DNA of 64,000 nucleotides, from IMG/VR virus record IMGVR_UViG_3300031977_002862, positions 27,845 to 91,844 of that record. One strand, given 5' to 3'. Within the stretch, counting starts at the first letter, position 1; every line of letters begins with the position of its first letter. Below the pieces are notes generated by a model. It ran no database searches. It saw only the letters and a program-made list of their open reading frames with translations, and was not told the origin of the DNA. The translations under genes were made by a program, and so were the position numbers. Below, piece by piece: positions 21,175 to 31,074 of this stretch. The stretch comes from a virus.

Positions 21175-23235
21175 TTAATACTTGTGAACAACAACCTGAC
21201 CAGCTGCTTCAAAGATCTGGTCGAAACCACGTCTTTGAGTAGCAACCAATACACGGCGCTGAGCTTCGACTTGATAGTCTTGCTCAACCGTAGCGCCACG
21301 CAATACGGGAACTACGAAGTTGCGGGTATTTACAGCAACACCCCATGCAGCATTTTCAGCTACAGCAGGGAATTCGTCACATACGACTACGGGTGAACCG
21401 TAAACCGTACCCAACTCACCCGTTACACGAGTACCAACTTCACCGAGTTCATTAGACTTCTGGAAGTCAACATCATCAAGCAGATCGTAGTAAGCATCCA
21501 AAGAAATAATGTATACTACATCACCAGGACGACGACCATACTTGCCCATTGCTTGACGCATATCTAAAAGCTTAGCTGCCGTGATAGAAATATCGACCGC
21601 AGGTGAGCCCAAATCAAGAACCATACCAGAGCCTGAAAGATCTTCAGCACGCTTTACAAGACCCTTGTAGCTTGCGGGAGTAGTAATAGAGTCGCCAGAA
21701 GCATTACCCATCAAAAGCGAGTGTTCAATCAAACGAGCGTGTGCACGAATCATTGACTCACGAATCAAAGGCAATACTGGAATAATTGCGTCTTCCTCTA
21801 CTTCATTAGCAATGTAAGACTTTGATACCATCTTTTCAACGGTAAGAATCTTGCTTCCCATTGCAATGCCATCATTAGGAGACGTGCCTGCACGATCTTC
21901 TAAGTTGCCGCCAAAGGGATTTTCTGCACCTGAACCTGCAGTGTTACCTGCAGTAGTAAAGTCTGCATAACCTGCATCGGGCATAGTAGGAATAACCATT
22001 GAAGCGGCAGTCATCTGAATCTTACGGAAAAGAGGATCCAAAACAAGCTCAAGCTCGATGTCACGCTCAATCGCCGTAGAAACAGTAGTTTCAAAAGCTT
22101 CAATAGAAGCGGAAGGAACAGAAACGCCTGAATTTTCATTCACAGCCTTTTCAATTAAAGACTTAGCGAGTTTGTTGTCCCAACCCTTGCGAGAAATAAC
22201 GCCCAACAAATGAGCATCAACTAAATCAGACTCATGAGTCTTGATAAAATCACGCTCTTGGCCACGATCAGCAAAGACACGCTTTGACTCACGAATCTTC
22301 TCAATTTCAGCAGCTTTTTCCGTCAGCTCACCTTGCAGTTCGCCAATAATTTTTTCATAATCAGCATCTTTTTCAGCCATTTTAGCTTCAACGTCAGCCA
22401 TTAATTTTTCTGTACCGCTAGTTACGGCGGTAACAATACGCTGTTCTTCGTCAGCTTTCTGAGCTTCAGCTTCGGCAGCAGCTTTTTGTTCTGCTTCCAT
22501 CTTAGCTTGCTCTTCTGCCTTGCGCTCAGCGTCTTTCATTGCCATTGCAGCCGCAGTCTTCTCGACAGCAGCGGCTACGATAGCGTCGATATCAATATCG
22601 CTCATAGTTTTCTCCTGTGCTTCGACTTGTGATAAGTCTTTTGGCATTGATTCGTCAGAATGTTTTTCAAACTCAACAGTTACTTTATCTTCGGTCTCCC
22701 GAACACTCAGTACATGTTTCTCTTCGGAATCGTTTAATTTGAAAGATTTCTTGAACTCTTCGTACTCATTCTCTGAGTCAAAAGATTTCGCAAGAGAAAA
22801 GGTTGCAGCCTGGTTAGCAGGAACCGTGACTACCGAAACCTCCAGTAATTCTGCATCCTTGATCTTGTATCCATCGGTTTCCGTCATATACTCCGCGTCC
22901 TTGACTCGGAAACCAACAGAAAAAGCTCCAAGAACGCCTTCTTTAATCAATTCGCCTACGTGACCAGCAGATTTAGCAATTTTTGCTTTTAACTGCAGAC
23001 CATTATCATTCGTACCAAGCTGAACTGCCCGGCCAATCGGCTGATTGTAGTCATGATTAAAAAGAATTACAGGGTTATTAAGAAAGTTGTCAAGCCCGCC
23101 TTTAGTCCAGGCCTCTGTCTCAATAACATCTCCAACTCGGTCAGTACCATTAGTACTGGCCATTCCAGCAATGTGAAGGTCATCGCCCTCATCAAATGCT
23201 TTGAAAGTGGAGCCAATATGAAAAATTTTATTCAC
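21175..23235 (-). CDS. Prohead protease - scaffold - major capsid protein fusion (HK97 fold)
   Basis: N-terminal HK97-type protease (NPVILFNHD, FSVGF, EVSVVTVPAN), then a coiled-coil delta domain and a capsid domain. In-frame internal AGGAG-ATG at 22605. Confidence 0.92.
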   Translation of the reverse strand: MNKIFHIGSTFKAFDEGDDLHIAGMASTNGTDRVGDVIETEAWTKGGLDNFLNNPVILFNHDYNQPIGRAVQLGTNDNGLQLKAKIAKSAGHVGELIKEGVLGAFSVGFRVKDAEYMTETDGYKIKDAELLEVSVVTVPANQAATFSLAKSFDSENEYEEFKKSFKLNDSEEKHVLSVRETEDKVTVEFEKHSDESMPKDLSQVEAQEKTMSDIDIDAIVAAAVEKTAAAMAMKDAERKAEEQAKMEAEQKAAAEAEAQKADEEQRIVTAVTSGTEKLMADVEAKMAEKDADYEKIIGELQGELTEKAAEIEKIRESKRVFADRGQERDFIKTHESDLVDAHLLGVISRKGWDNKLAKSLIEKAVNENSGVSVPSASIEAFETTVSTAIERDIELELVLDPLFRKIQMTAASMVIPTMPDAGYADFTTAGNTAGSGAENPFGGNLEDRAGTSPNDGIAMGSKILTVEKMVSKSYIANEVEEDAIIPVLPLIRESMIRAHARLIEHSLLMGNASGDSITTPASYKGLVKRAEDLSGSGMVLDLGSPAVDISITAAKLLDMRQAMGKYGRRPGDVVYIISLDAYYDLLDDVDFQKSNELGEVGTRVTGELGTVYGSPVVVCDEFPAVAENAAWGVAVNTRNFVVPVLRGATVEQDYQVEAQRRVLVATQRRGFDQIFEAAGQVVVHKY

Positions 23236-23557
23236 TTGATTCTCCTCTTGCGGTACGAAGTTTCTCTAAAGGAGAAAGTTCGTCTCTGGGAGCTTCTACT
23301 GGCTCCGCTTTTGGAACCGGAGCTGGTTCCAGTTTTTTAGTGGCTGGCTTTGCAGCGGTCTGCTTTTCGTATTCTCGAAGAGCCGATACTCGAATTCTAT
23401 TCCAACCAGATCCAGGAAACGCCCTTACTAAAAGTCCTCTATCAAACCCTAGATCTGCGTCTGGTACAAGACGAAACTCTCTTGAGGTCATTTTCTTCTG
23501 TCCTCTTTCAGTTAAAAGTTTCCCTAATTTAAAAAGAAGTTCTGATTTACTTGCCAT
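23228..23557 (-). CDS. Hypothetical head-module protein
   Basis: ORF between portal and protease, with RBS; ends in DELSPLEKLR. Confidence 0.6.
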   Translation of the reverse strand: MASKSELLFKLGKLLTERGQKKMTSREFRLVPDADLGFDRGLLVRAFPGSGWNRIRVSALREYEKQTAAKPATKKLEPAPVPKAEPVEAPRDELSPLEKLRTARGESSE

Positions 23558-23605
23558 ATTTATTCCTTCTCTAAAGCTTCTTTATTTACTTCAAAAGTAA
23601 AGCAT

Positions 23606-24802
23606 TTACTGATCTGACCCATCATCTGCTGGCCTACCTCCTTCTGTTGGATTGGCTGCTGATCCTGCAATATTTGCAGGTACTCGAAGCTCGCCTGCCC
23701 CAAACTGTTCATCATAATTTAATGCCTCTCTTGCTTCATTCGGAGTAATAATTCCTGTATTTACAAGAGTGGCGTAATATGCGGCAGCATCTCGAAGTTC
23801 TGGCTGAAGTGCGGGAATATTACTCACGTCTTCAGTAATTTCATATCCGAAAAATCTCTCTAAGCCATAGTTAATCTTTCGGATAATCGGTAAAACCGTT
23901 TCTAAATAGTAAAGTCGATGATTTGGGCGAATGTTTGCATTATTCCCAGAATCAAGCATAATAGGTGGAACACCTAACACCTTTAAGATTTCTTTTTCGG
24001 CAGTTTCAATAGACTGCTCAAAATCAAGTTCTCTAAAGTTGACATTTGAAAGTGCGTCTAAGTCCATTCCTCCATCTAAGATCAGAGGTCTTCTTCCCCC
24101 ACCATCTGGACGATAACGAGTCATCCAGGATTGAATCATTCTTTCTTTGTTCTTCTCACTTATGACCGCCGGAGACTTAAGAACCAACCCAGGAACTGCA
24201 CCGTTCTTAAAGAAATTATCTTGAAATTCTCGCATACGAGTAAGCTGAGACATAATGCGACGAGCCGCTCTTAGTCTGCTGGTTCCTCTATAAATGCTAT
24301 GAAAGGAGTTTTCTTTTACGTGGATAATTTCTGAGGGAGAGTAGTCAATACTCTTCTGGAAAGTAAACTTTTGTATATAAGTTTTCTTATCTGGTTCAAT
24401 GTCTGTGTAAACAGCAGGTAAATGGTAGAGATGCGCCCCATCAAAGTAGACAAAAATATTTCCATCAAGTATATAATCGATAATGAGGTTTCGCTTAAAG
24501 GTGGAAATATCTTGAAAAGGATTCGGCTCTTTATTCAGTAGCAACTGAACTCTTGAACGTCTTACTCCTTTTGCAACCGAATTCAGTCCCTGAATTGGTT
24601 CGCCTACCCGAAGGGGGATCTCAGCCGTGTCGTCAACAATCATATTAACGGCACGATTCACAACTTCTAAATATTCATAGTATGCTGTATAATTAGTCGG
24701 AAGCTCACGAGAACCTATAGGCCCTGCACCTTCGAGACTAACTACAATCTCTTCCTGGGCTGGGTTGAGCTTTTCTTTCTGCCAGAAATTATACCATGCC
24801 AT
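23606..24802 (-). CDS. Portal protein (HK97 family, T5 pb7-like)
   Basis: PNPFQ, FFKNGAVPG, LGVPP, ITPNEARE motifs. Confidence 0.95.
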   Translation of the reverse strand: MAWYNFWQKEKLNPAQEEIVVSLEGAGPIGSRELPTNYTAYYEYLEVVNRAVNMIVDDTAEIPLRVGEPIQGLNSVAKGVRRSRVQLLLNKEPNPFQDISTFKRNLIIDYILDGNIFVYFDGAHLYHLPAVYTDIEPDKKTYIQKFTFQKSIDYSPSEIIHVKENSFHSIYRGTSRLRAARRIMSQLTRMREFQDNFFKNGAVPGLVLKSPAVISEKNKERMIQSWMTRYRPDGGGRRPLILDGGMDLDALSNVNFRELDFEQSIETAEKEILKVLGVPPIMLDSGNNANIRPNHRLYYLETVLPIIRKINYGLERFFGYEITEDVSNIPALQPELRDAAAYYATLVNTGIITPNEAREALNYDEQFGAGELRVPANIAGSAANPTEGGRPADDGSDQ

Positions 24803-25172
24803 GTTTTTCTCGTTGAATCTCTACCCAGCGCATTTGCTTCATTGCTGTGTGAAGCGGCGGATTGCGCCCATAAATACTATGCAGCTTTAGATGGTGCTCA
24901 TGGCACAAAGTAACTGTATCGTTATACAGTTCTTGCCAATTATCCTCGATAAACTCGTCTCTCCAGATTGTAATGTATTCATCTGTGTAATGTTCTGGAC
25001 GAAGTTTTTTCTTCTCTTCTATCCACTTATGATACAATGGAGCCAGTGTATAGAAATGATGAAAGTCGAGTCTTACCTTTGCATCGCAAATCTCACAAGC
25101 ATCGCCTTTTTCATATTTCGCTTTGGCTTTGTCTCTGATATACTTGATCGGGTCGCGTTTTAGCTGTGCCAT
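24789..25172 (-). CDS. HNH-type nicking endonuclease (T5-like)
   Basis: CEIC...LDFHHF...TLCHEHH..LH..YG; adjacent to the portal gene as in T5. Confidence 0.8.
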   Translation of the reverse strand: MAQLKRDPIKYIRDKAKAKYEKGDACEICDAKVRLDFHHFYTLAPLYHKWIEEKKKLRPEHYTDEYITIWRDEFIEDNWQELYNDTVTLCHEHHLKLHSIYGRNPPLHTAMKQMRWVEIQREKHGMV

Positions 25173-25180
25173 TTTTATAA

Positions 25181-25209
25181 ATTATACTGAGAGGTTAGTT
25201 GAAAGTCAA
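25181..25209 (-). promoter_or_regulatory. sigma70 promoter
   Basis: TTGACT-17-TATAAT with AAAAATAATTC upstream. Confidence 0.85.
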
Positions 25210-25229
25210 GAATTATTTTTTCTTCGGAT

Positions 25230-26513
25230 TTAAAATGTCGGAGCGTTCTCTTGAAAGCTATAAAGAGCGTATCGTAATGCGTCAGCCATATGAGAAGAAG
25301 AATCGTGTACAGGTTTCTCTTTGATTAAGTTCGGATTTGGATCCCACCGATATTGGTCGAGAGATCGAAGAACTTCTACACACGAAGAATCAACGATAAG
25401 CCGATCATTGTCAATAAGGGAAGCTACGTGGCCAATCCCATCCACAACAGATTTTTTGGCGTTAATGGTTGAAATGTCATATTGTTGAGCAAAGTCAAAA
25501 CGTGTTTGTGCTGCTGCTGCGTCGATAAAGCAATAGTCGACTTCTCGTCGATCAATGATTTCTGCAAGATATCCGGCATGTTCCTCCGTTGTGCGCTCCG
25601 CGGCATAATACTCTTCCATGAGATAGTATTTATCTCCGTCGAAAGCAATTACGCACAGTGCTGTGGGGTCTTTAAATCCTACGTCGAGCCCCGATATTAT
25701 ATCCATCCCCCTAAAATCCATTTCGGACAGATCTTGCACACAGTCTTCATAATTGAAGTTCCAAATCTGTCCTTCGAATACGTTAAAGTCTGCCTCGTAT
25801 TCTTGTGCAAACTCGGCTTGTGACATTGAGCGCCGAGCTTCTGCAATATCTTCTTCTGATGCTCTTGGATTATCCTCCCAAGTAGCTTTTATGCTGGCCC
25901 ATTCAGCAAATTCATCAGTATAGCCCCGATTATAAAAACGACTGAACCAATTGTTACGACCCCGAGGAGTGCTAATAAATAAAGCCTTACTACCCGGTTT
26001 ATCGAGTGTGGGTCGGATGGCAACATTGAAGGCAGTTTCTCCATCCGCCAAAGCCGCTTCATCGAAGAGAACAAAGTCATATGAACGTCCTACTACTGAA
26101 TCAATTTGATTTACAGAACCGAGTCGAATTGTTGAGCCGTTTGTCAGTTCAATTACACGGTCCTTCGCATTATCTCGTGCAACTTCAAGGTCAAAGTGTT
26201 TTATAAGATTGCGTTGAAGGTCAAACGATATGTTACTAAGGTTATAATTAGGGCTAACAATAAGTACATGGCATCCTGGAACGAGGGCGACGCATTGGGC
26301 AATAATATTTCCGATATACGTCTTCCCTTGACGACGACTAAGAGCAGCGACAATAAAGCGATACTTGCTAGAATTAATTGCATTGATGAGAGCCATCTGC
26401 GATGGAATTGCAGTAATTCCGAGCAGCTCAAGGTACGACTCAATCGGTACCTTTAGGAATGATCCTCCGTCGAGGATTCTGTCGTCGATGATGTCTCTTC
26501 TACTGAGTTCCAT
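25230..26513 (-). CDS. terL: Terminase large subunit
   Basis: SRRQGKT Walker A, FVLFDEAA Walker B, ISTPRG, GLDVGFKD and HMADALRY nuclease motifs. Confidence 0.96.
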   Translation of the reverse strand: MELSRRDIIDDRILDGGSFLKVPIESYLELLGITAIPSQMALINAINSSKYRFIVAALSRRQGKTYIGNIIAQCVALVPGCHVLIVSPNYNLSNISFDLQRNLIKHFDLEVARDNAKDRVIELTNGSTIRLGSVNQIDSVVGRSYDFVLFDEAALADGETAFNVAIRPTLDKPGSKALFISTPRGRNNWFSRFYNRGYTDEFAEWASIKATWEDNPRASEEDIAEARRSMSQAEFAQEYEADFNVFEGQIWNFNYEDCVQDLSEMDFRGMDIISGLDVGFKDPTALCVIAFDGDKYYLMEEYYAAERTTEEHAGYLAEIIDRREVDYCFIDAAAAQTRFDFAQQYDISTINAKKSVVDGIGHVASLIDNDRLIVDSSCVEVLRSLDQYRWDPNPNLIKEKPVHDSSSHMADALRYALYSFQENAPTF

Positions 26514-26734
26514 TCTTCTTCACACTCACATGGGTCGCAATCACACTCTTCACAAATCTTGTGCCCTCTTAATCTTTCTAATGGGCTTAATTCCTCAGAA
26601 AGCTGAACAACCTCGGGAATTTCTTTAGGGGGAAGGTGTAAATGTTCTGCTTCTGCTTTTTCCGCCTCTTTATAGCTGTGAAACTTTTGTGGAAGATATG
26701 TACTTTTCCACATTCCTCTTTTTTGATAAATCAT
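26453..26734 (-). CDS. Hypothetical protein with Cys cluster
   Basis: Likely start MIYQKRG; contains ELSPLERLR and CEECDCDPCEC. Confidence 0.55.
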   Translation of the reverse strand: MIYQKRGMWKSTYLPQKFHSYKEAEKAEAEHLHLPPKEIPEVVQLSEELSPLERLRGHKICEECDCDPCECEEEWNSVEETSSTTESSTEDHS

Positions 26735-26964
26735 AGAACATTTCCTGCAGCAACCATTCCCGCTAAAAAGAGAATGACTGCTCCTCCGCCTGCCCAAACG
26801 AGACGATGTAGAGATTGAACCGAAAGTTTGACTTCAGCCCATCGTTCCTTTGACTCTTCCTTTCCTTCTCGAAGTTCGTTAAATATTGTTCTCCATCTCT
26901 CTTCGCACACAGCTTCGTGCTGTAGAAAGGCGCTCTTCAAATCATTCAGATCCTGGTTGTCCAC
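26731..26964 (-). CDS. Small coiled-coil protein with C-terminal TM helix
   Basis: HEAVCEERW motif and a hydrophobic C-terminus. Confidence 0.6.
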   Translation of the reverse strand: MDNQDLNDLKSAFLQHEAVCEERWRTIFNELREGKEESKERWAEVKLSVQSLHRLVWAGGGAVILFLAGMVAAGNVL

Positions 26965-27382
26965 CTAAAAGTTTCTCCATTAATTTTCCGTAATTTCCTT
27001 CACCAAATGGAGAGTTGATCTGCACGTTCTGCTGTTTGATATTCGTAGTCGCTTTTGCTTCTTTTGAATGATCTGTGGAGATTTTGTGTGCGAGAGCAAT
27101 TATATCTACAAGGTCTTTACTGGAATACTGGTCGGAGTCGCGTGCTTCTTGAATTTTATTCTCAATTACTTCGTCAAGAAGCTCAGCGAGCCGAAAGCGG
27201 TTTCTGTAACCCTGGTCGAGGTAGACCGAGTTGATATATTCTTTGACTTCGTTCTTTTCAAGTATTTCGTAAACTTTATCTGGCGGGATACCCATCTCAG
27301 TTGCGACAGCGATCGCGTTGCCGGTGCTCAGATAAGCATTCGCAACCTCAACATTTTCCGGAGCCATTTTTACGAGTTTCAT
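26942..27382 (-). CDS. terS: Terminase small subunit (T5-like)
   Basis: HTH N-terminus (VANAYL), GYRNRF, GNYGKLMEKL; upstream of terL. Confidence 0.8.
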   Translation of the reverse strand: MKLVKMAPENVEVANAYLSTGNAIAVATEMGIPPDKVYEILEKNEVKEYINSVYLDQGYRNRFRLAELLDEVIENKIQEARDSDQYSSKDLVDIIALAHKISTDHSKEAKATTNIKQQNVQINSPFGEGNYGKLMEKLLGGQPGSE

Positions 27383-27389
27383 AGACTTA

Positions 27390-27418
27390 AGTATAGACCG
27401 ATAAGACCAAAAAGTCAA
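27390..27418 (-). promoter_or_regulatory. sigma70 promoter
   Basis: TTGACT-17-TATACT. Confidence 0.75.
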
Positions 27419-27427
27419 GAACTTTTT

Positions 27428-27796
27428 TTAGCTTGGAGTTCTCCAACGAATTAGTTCTACCTCATTTTGCATTGAAGACTCCATCAATCTATCAATAATA
27501 AGATTCTTTTGAGACTGAATTTGAGCCGGTGCCTGAGCCTCACACCACTCCAGTAGCATTTCTTCTGTAATGTCTTCATAAGCAATATAAGGGCTGGAAG
27601 TTACTTCAGATAAATCTAATCCGATTATGCAGCCTCCCTCTATGGGGGCTAGTCCTGGTGCTGAACCTTTCAATCCATAACAGACTTGAAAGATTACCTC
27701 ACTTTGAGTATCTCCATCAGCCGTATAATAACTATTATACTTTCGTACATATTCAACCCACCTTTCGATGGTAATATCATTTATTTGTAAATACAT
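27428..27796 (-). CDS. Putative tail fibre assembly / accessory protein
   Basis: YIAYEDITEEMLLEW motif recalls small fibre-associated proteins; follows the putative RBP. Confidence 0.5.
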   Translation of the reverse strand: MYLQINDITIERWVEYVRKYNSYYTADGDTQSEVIFQVCYGLKGSAPGLAPIEGGCIIGLDLSEVTSSPYIAYEDITEEMLLEWCEAQAPAQIQSQKNLIIDRLMESSMQNEVELIRWRTPS

Positions 27797-27805
27797 AAAA
27801 ATTCC

Positions 27806-29293
27806 TTAGGTAAAATAATTTACTAAAACCGTATTCATTTCTTCTGGCACATTCATTGCGAACGTTTTTGAACTACCTATCCAGTCACTCGGCACCTCTG
27901 TTAACCAAGAAACCTGCCATCTCTGTTTATCCCCACAGTTCGAAAAACTAGCCATTCTACGATTATGGTAGTTACCTCCATCAATGTTTCCTAAATCCGC
28001 ATTGTCCCAAGTATAGCTTATTCCGCTATCTGCTATAACTAAGTAGTCTTCGACGGACGTTATTTCTGAAAGGTTTGCGCTATTCCAGGATTTATGAACA
28101 AGAGTTTGAGAACTCGAATTGTTCTCAAAAAGGGGAGACTTTCCATCATCCCAGTTTGTTACATAATCAAAAGAAAATACTACCCAGTCTCCTGCTTTAA
28201 TATCATGGCCTCCTACAGGTCCAGAGGTGAAGCTATAAGCTGATTGATAACTTACAAAATATTCGGTATATCCATTATCAGTAACCATCATAGCTCTATT
28301 ATTTGTGGATACATAGTCTAAAAAAGCTCCTGTAGATCCGTTATACGCTCTGTAATAACTTTGAAGTACAAAAGGCCCTGCTGTTGCATTTCGAAACTCT
28401 CCGATTGAAATGGTTGTGCCAGGAGTTTTATTTATTCCATCTCCACCATCATAGGTTGAATCGGTTGCTCGAATCGCTCGAAAATCGGCATCGTTCAAAC
28501 TACAAGTGGTTTGACTTACTGTCGAAGTTTTTGATACGTTAATATGAATTGAATTCATGCTTAAATTGGTGGTTTGTAGAGGCGCTCTTTGAGATCCTGA
28601 AATAACACACATTTTTATCTTGATAGTTTTTCCGAGCGAGTAAAGAAATTTCCATGCTGCGAACCAGTTATCAAAATTAGCGTCACAACGAATAAAAGAC
28701 TTTTCTCCGTCTCCCCCAGTTAATCCATTTGTACAAGTTGCGTTTTTTGAAAATAAATATTCCCAGTTATAATTATCGGAGATACTTTGTTGATACGGAG
28801 ATTCCGAATTGAGGGTGGTATCGAGAGTAACTTCTATCACGTCATTTAAAGCAACATTATTTCCATAATAGTAAAAAGAACCCGGTGAAGGAGTTCCATC
28901 GAAATAAAGAGTTAATTGAAAGTCAGAAGATCCGGTTGCAGCAGTACCGTCCCAAGTTACTGTAGTTTGTGCATCAATACCAGAGGTAAAAGGATTGGAC
29001 ATCGAGGCCCACGTGTACTGAGTACGAGTGGGACTACTTAAGGTACTAGCTGTGGCAGCAGTTCTATTTAAAGTGGTGCTGCCAATAGTAATACTCGTCC
29101 ATTCTGTATTTGAAGAATAACTTCCTGCAAGTGTAAAGTATGGCGTTCCGGTGGCCCACTTTACTTCTAATATTTCTGGTTGTCCGGTTATATTAAATAT
29201 ATTATTACTTATATAACCATAACTTCCTAGATCGCTGTAACCGTAAGTAGTTGTACTGGTATTTGTAACAATCGCACTATCAATCTGTGCCAT
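27806..29293 (-). CDS. Putative receptor-binding / adhesin protein
   Basis: 495 aa, rich in Ser/Thr/aromatics, at the T5 pb5 position upstream of terS. Internal CSLNDADFRAI...ISIGEF adhesin-type segment. Confidence 0.6.
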   Translation of the reverse strand: MAQIDSAIVTNTSTTTYGYSDLGSYGYISNNIFNITGQPEILEVKWATGTPYFTLAGSYSSNTEWTSITIGSTTLNRTAATASTLSSPTRTQYTWASMSNPFTSGIDAQTTVTWDGTAATGSSDFQLTLYFDGTPSPGSFYYYGNNVALNDVIEVTLDTTLNSESPYQQSISDNYNWEYLFSKNATCTNGLTGGDGEKSFIRCDANFDNWFAAWKFLYSLGKTIKIKMCVISGSQRAPLQTTNLSMNSIHINVSKTSTVSQTTCSLNDADFRAIRATDSTYDGGDGINKTPGTTISIGEFRNATAGPFVLQSYYRAYNGSTGAFLDYVSTNNRAMMVTDNGYTEYFVSYQSAYSFTSGPVGGHDIKAGDWVVFSFDYVTNWDDGKSPLFENNSSSQTLVHKSWNSANLSEITSVEDYLVIADSGISYTWDNADLGNIDGGNYHNRRMASFSNCGDKQRWQVSWLTEVPSDWIGSSKTFAMNVPEEMNTVLVNYFT

Positions 29294-29464
29294 TTTGCTG
29301 CTCGAATAAAACTATGTGATCTAGTTTTGCTTGATCTATAATCTGCTGGATATGGTCTTCAGAAGTAAGAGTCTGAAAAGGCAATACAATAGTACATAAC
29401 CCAACTATTGGAGAATCATATTCAAATTCTATTCTTCCTTCTTTTGTAAGAGTGTATGGAGTCA
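29280..29464 (-). CDS. Hypothetical protein
   Basis: ORF overlapping both neighbours, suggesting translational coupling. Confidence 0.5.
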
Positions 29465-29956
29465 TTTTCCTCTTTTCCAAAGTTCGCTGCCGTTAGGGTT
29501 TGTGGTGGGCATCTTTTGCCATTTTGAGTTTAATGTTTGAGCTTTTTCAGAATCGGGCAAAACTATGTTTATATCTACAATTCCCCAATCTGAGCGATAA
29601 AGAAGCCACTTCCCCATTTCTGAGCTTGATGCGAGAAGCTCTCCGGTGTCTCTGTAGTCGGGATGAACAATCATACCTCGAATCGAGTAAGTTGCTAAGG
29701 TTTCATACATTCCCGTAATAATTACTACGGGTGTGTTAGTTTCGATTTTTGTAAGAATGCAGGGAGCCCATAAGTTTTCTCGGGGCCCACGATTGACTTC
29801 CCAAGCACGGAATTCTTCGGCATGGTCTAAAATATCTTGTGGACTAAAAATAAATTCGGGAGCATCTACAATACAGCTTTCGATCCAGGTTCGATCGGCT
29901 TCTGTGGGAAGATGCCAGCGATAATTGTCAATATCGTATTGCATAGAACTCTCCAA
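29462..29956 (-). CDS. Hypothetical protein, possible GNAT fold
   Basis: MIVHPDYRDTG resembles GNAT motif A; promoter TTGACT-17-TAGAAT just upstream. Confidence 0.45.
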   Translation of the reverse strand: MESSMQYDIDNYRWHLPTEADRTWIESCIVDAPEFIFSPQDILDHAEEFRAWEVNRGPRENLWAPCILTKIETNTPVVIITGMYETLATYSIRGMIVHPDYRDTGELLASSSEMGKWLLYRSDWGIVDINIVLPDSEKAQTLNSKWQKMPTTNPNGSELWKRGK

Positions 29957-30032
29957 AAGATATATTCTAATTTACTCGAAGGTAAAAGTCAAGAAAAATT
30001 TTTGGGAGAAGGTGTGGAAAAGACTTGACAAG

Positions 30033-30284
30033 CTAGTCTTTTGGGCATATACTAGAGGCATATTCGGGGTCGTATTGAGTCCATACTTCACACTGAAGAA
30101 TCGGATCGAGACCACCATTGAGGCTTTTCAAATATTTTTTTCTTTTGGGAGAGTTGAGGGGCTTCATTCGATACTCGCAGTAGCTTTCACCTCTTTTTTG
30201 GCAGGCTAGAATCTTTCTCTCGATGTGTTCGGAGTACAGAATACCTCCGGGGAGGAGAAGAAGAAAGAGAAGCACGGCACCCAT
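30033..30284 (-). CDS. Small membrane-anchored protein
   Basis: Hydrophobic N-terminus and four Cys. Confidence 0.5.
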   Translation of the reverse strand: MGAVLLFLLLLPGGILYSEHIERKILACQKRGESYCEYRMKPLNSPKRKKYLKSLNGGLDPILQCEVWTQYDPEYASSICPKD

Positions 30285-30352
30285 TTAGGCGTACCGTGTT
30301 TCGTCTTCGGTTTCAAAAATTGTGGGGCAGAGAGCGCGGCAGGAGGGTTCCT

Positions 30353-30571
30353 TTAGGCTTCTGCGTCTTGCGACTTTTTTGAGACAGTGTACCCTGCCTT
30401 TTCCCACTCTGCAATCGTGCGACACTTTTTCACTTTGCGTGAGCCAGTAACGGTTGCGACTTCTACACGAGCACAGAAAACTTCTCCGTCTTCGGATTTG
30501 GCGACATAATCTTTCTCATCTGCTAGAAGAGCGAAGGGCGAGAGAAGTACAGCGGCGAGTAAATATTTCAT
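30353..30571 (-). CDS. Small exported protein
   Basis: Signal peptide MKYLLAAVLLSPFALLA; C..TGSR..KKCRT..EW motif. Confidence 0.65.
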   Translation of the reverse strand: MKYLLAAVLLSPFALLADEKDYVAKSEDGEVFCARVEVATVTGSRKVKKCRTIAEWEKAGYTVSKKSQDAEA

Positions 30572-30864
30572 TTGATTGTTCCTTGTCTGGGCTTTGAAAT
30601 CTTTGTTGATTTCGGTGCATATTATACAGGTCGTGTGTTGCTTTTTGATAAAGATTTTGTTAAGATTCGGTTAAGATTAGCACCATTTGCGGTTCAAAAA
30701 TACCCCAAGTTGCGCATGAAGGTGGGCGCGAGCGCGCGCTTATAACTTTTGTCTATAAACCGCCCCCTCTATATAACAAATTAATCTAAAAAAATATTTG
30801 CAAAGGGCTTGTGCTCTCGGTCGCGATATGCGAGAATCATCCTATCAATTAAGGATGAAACGAA

Positions 30865-31062
30865 ATGACTAGCTACACAATCAGCCACTTTCAAAAGGTT
30901 AACGCTAACGCCAGCAAAGCAAGCCGCTTTGTCATTGAAGCTCACAACATCCGCAACGCAATGCGGAAGCTTTGGGACGCTCACGGCGTCAACCTAATCA
31001 ACGGCGACACCATCACATGGCAAGATGGCGGCCGCTTCCACCGTTTAATGATTAACCAATAA
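30865..31062 (+). CDS. First pre-early-like hypothetical protein
   Basis: AAGGA RBS; first ORF of the GC-richer block. Confidence 0.65.
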   Translation: MTSYTISHFQKVNANASKASRFVIEAHNIRNAMRKLWDAHGVNLINGDTITWQDGGRFHRLMINQ

Positions 31063-31074
31063 GGGGGTCAGGTC

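Noticed and set aside
11860-26628. Plus-strand ORFs antisense to structural genes
   Set aside because: They lack RBSs and motifs and are explained by codon bias of the sense genes.
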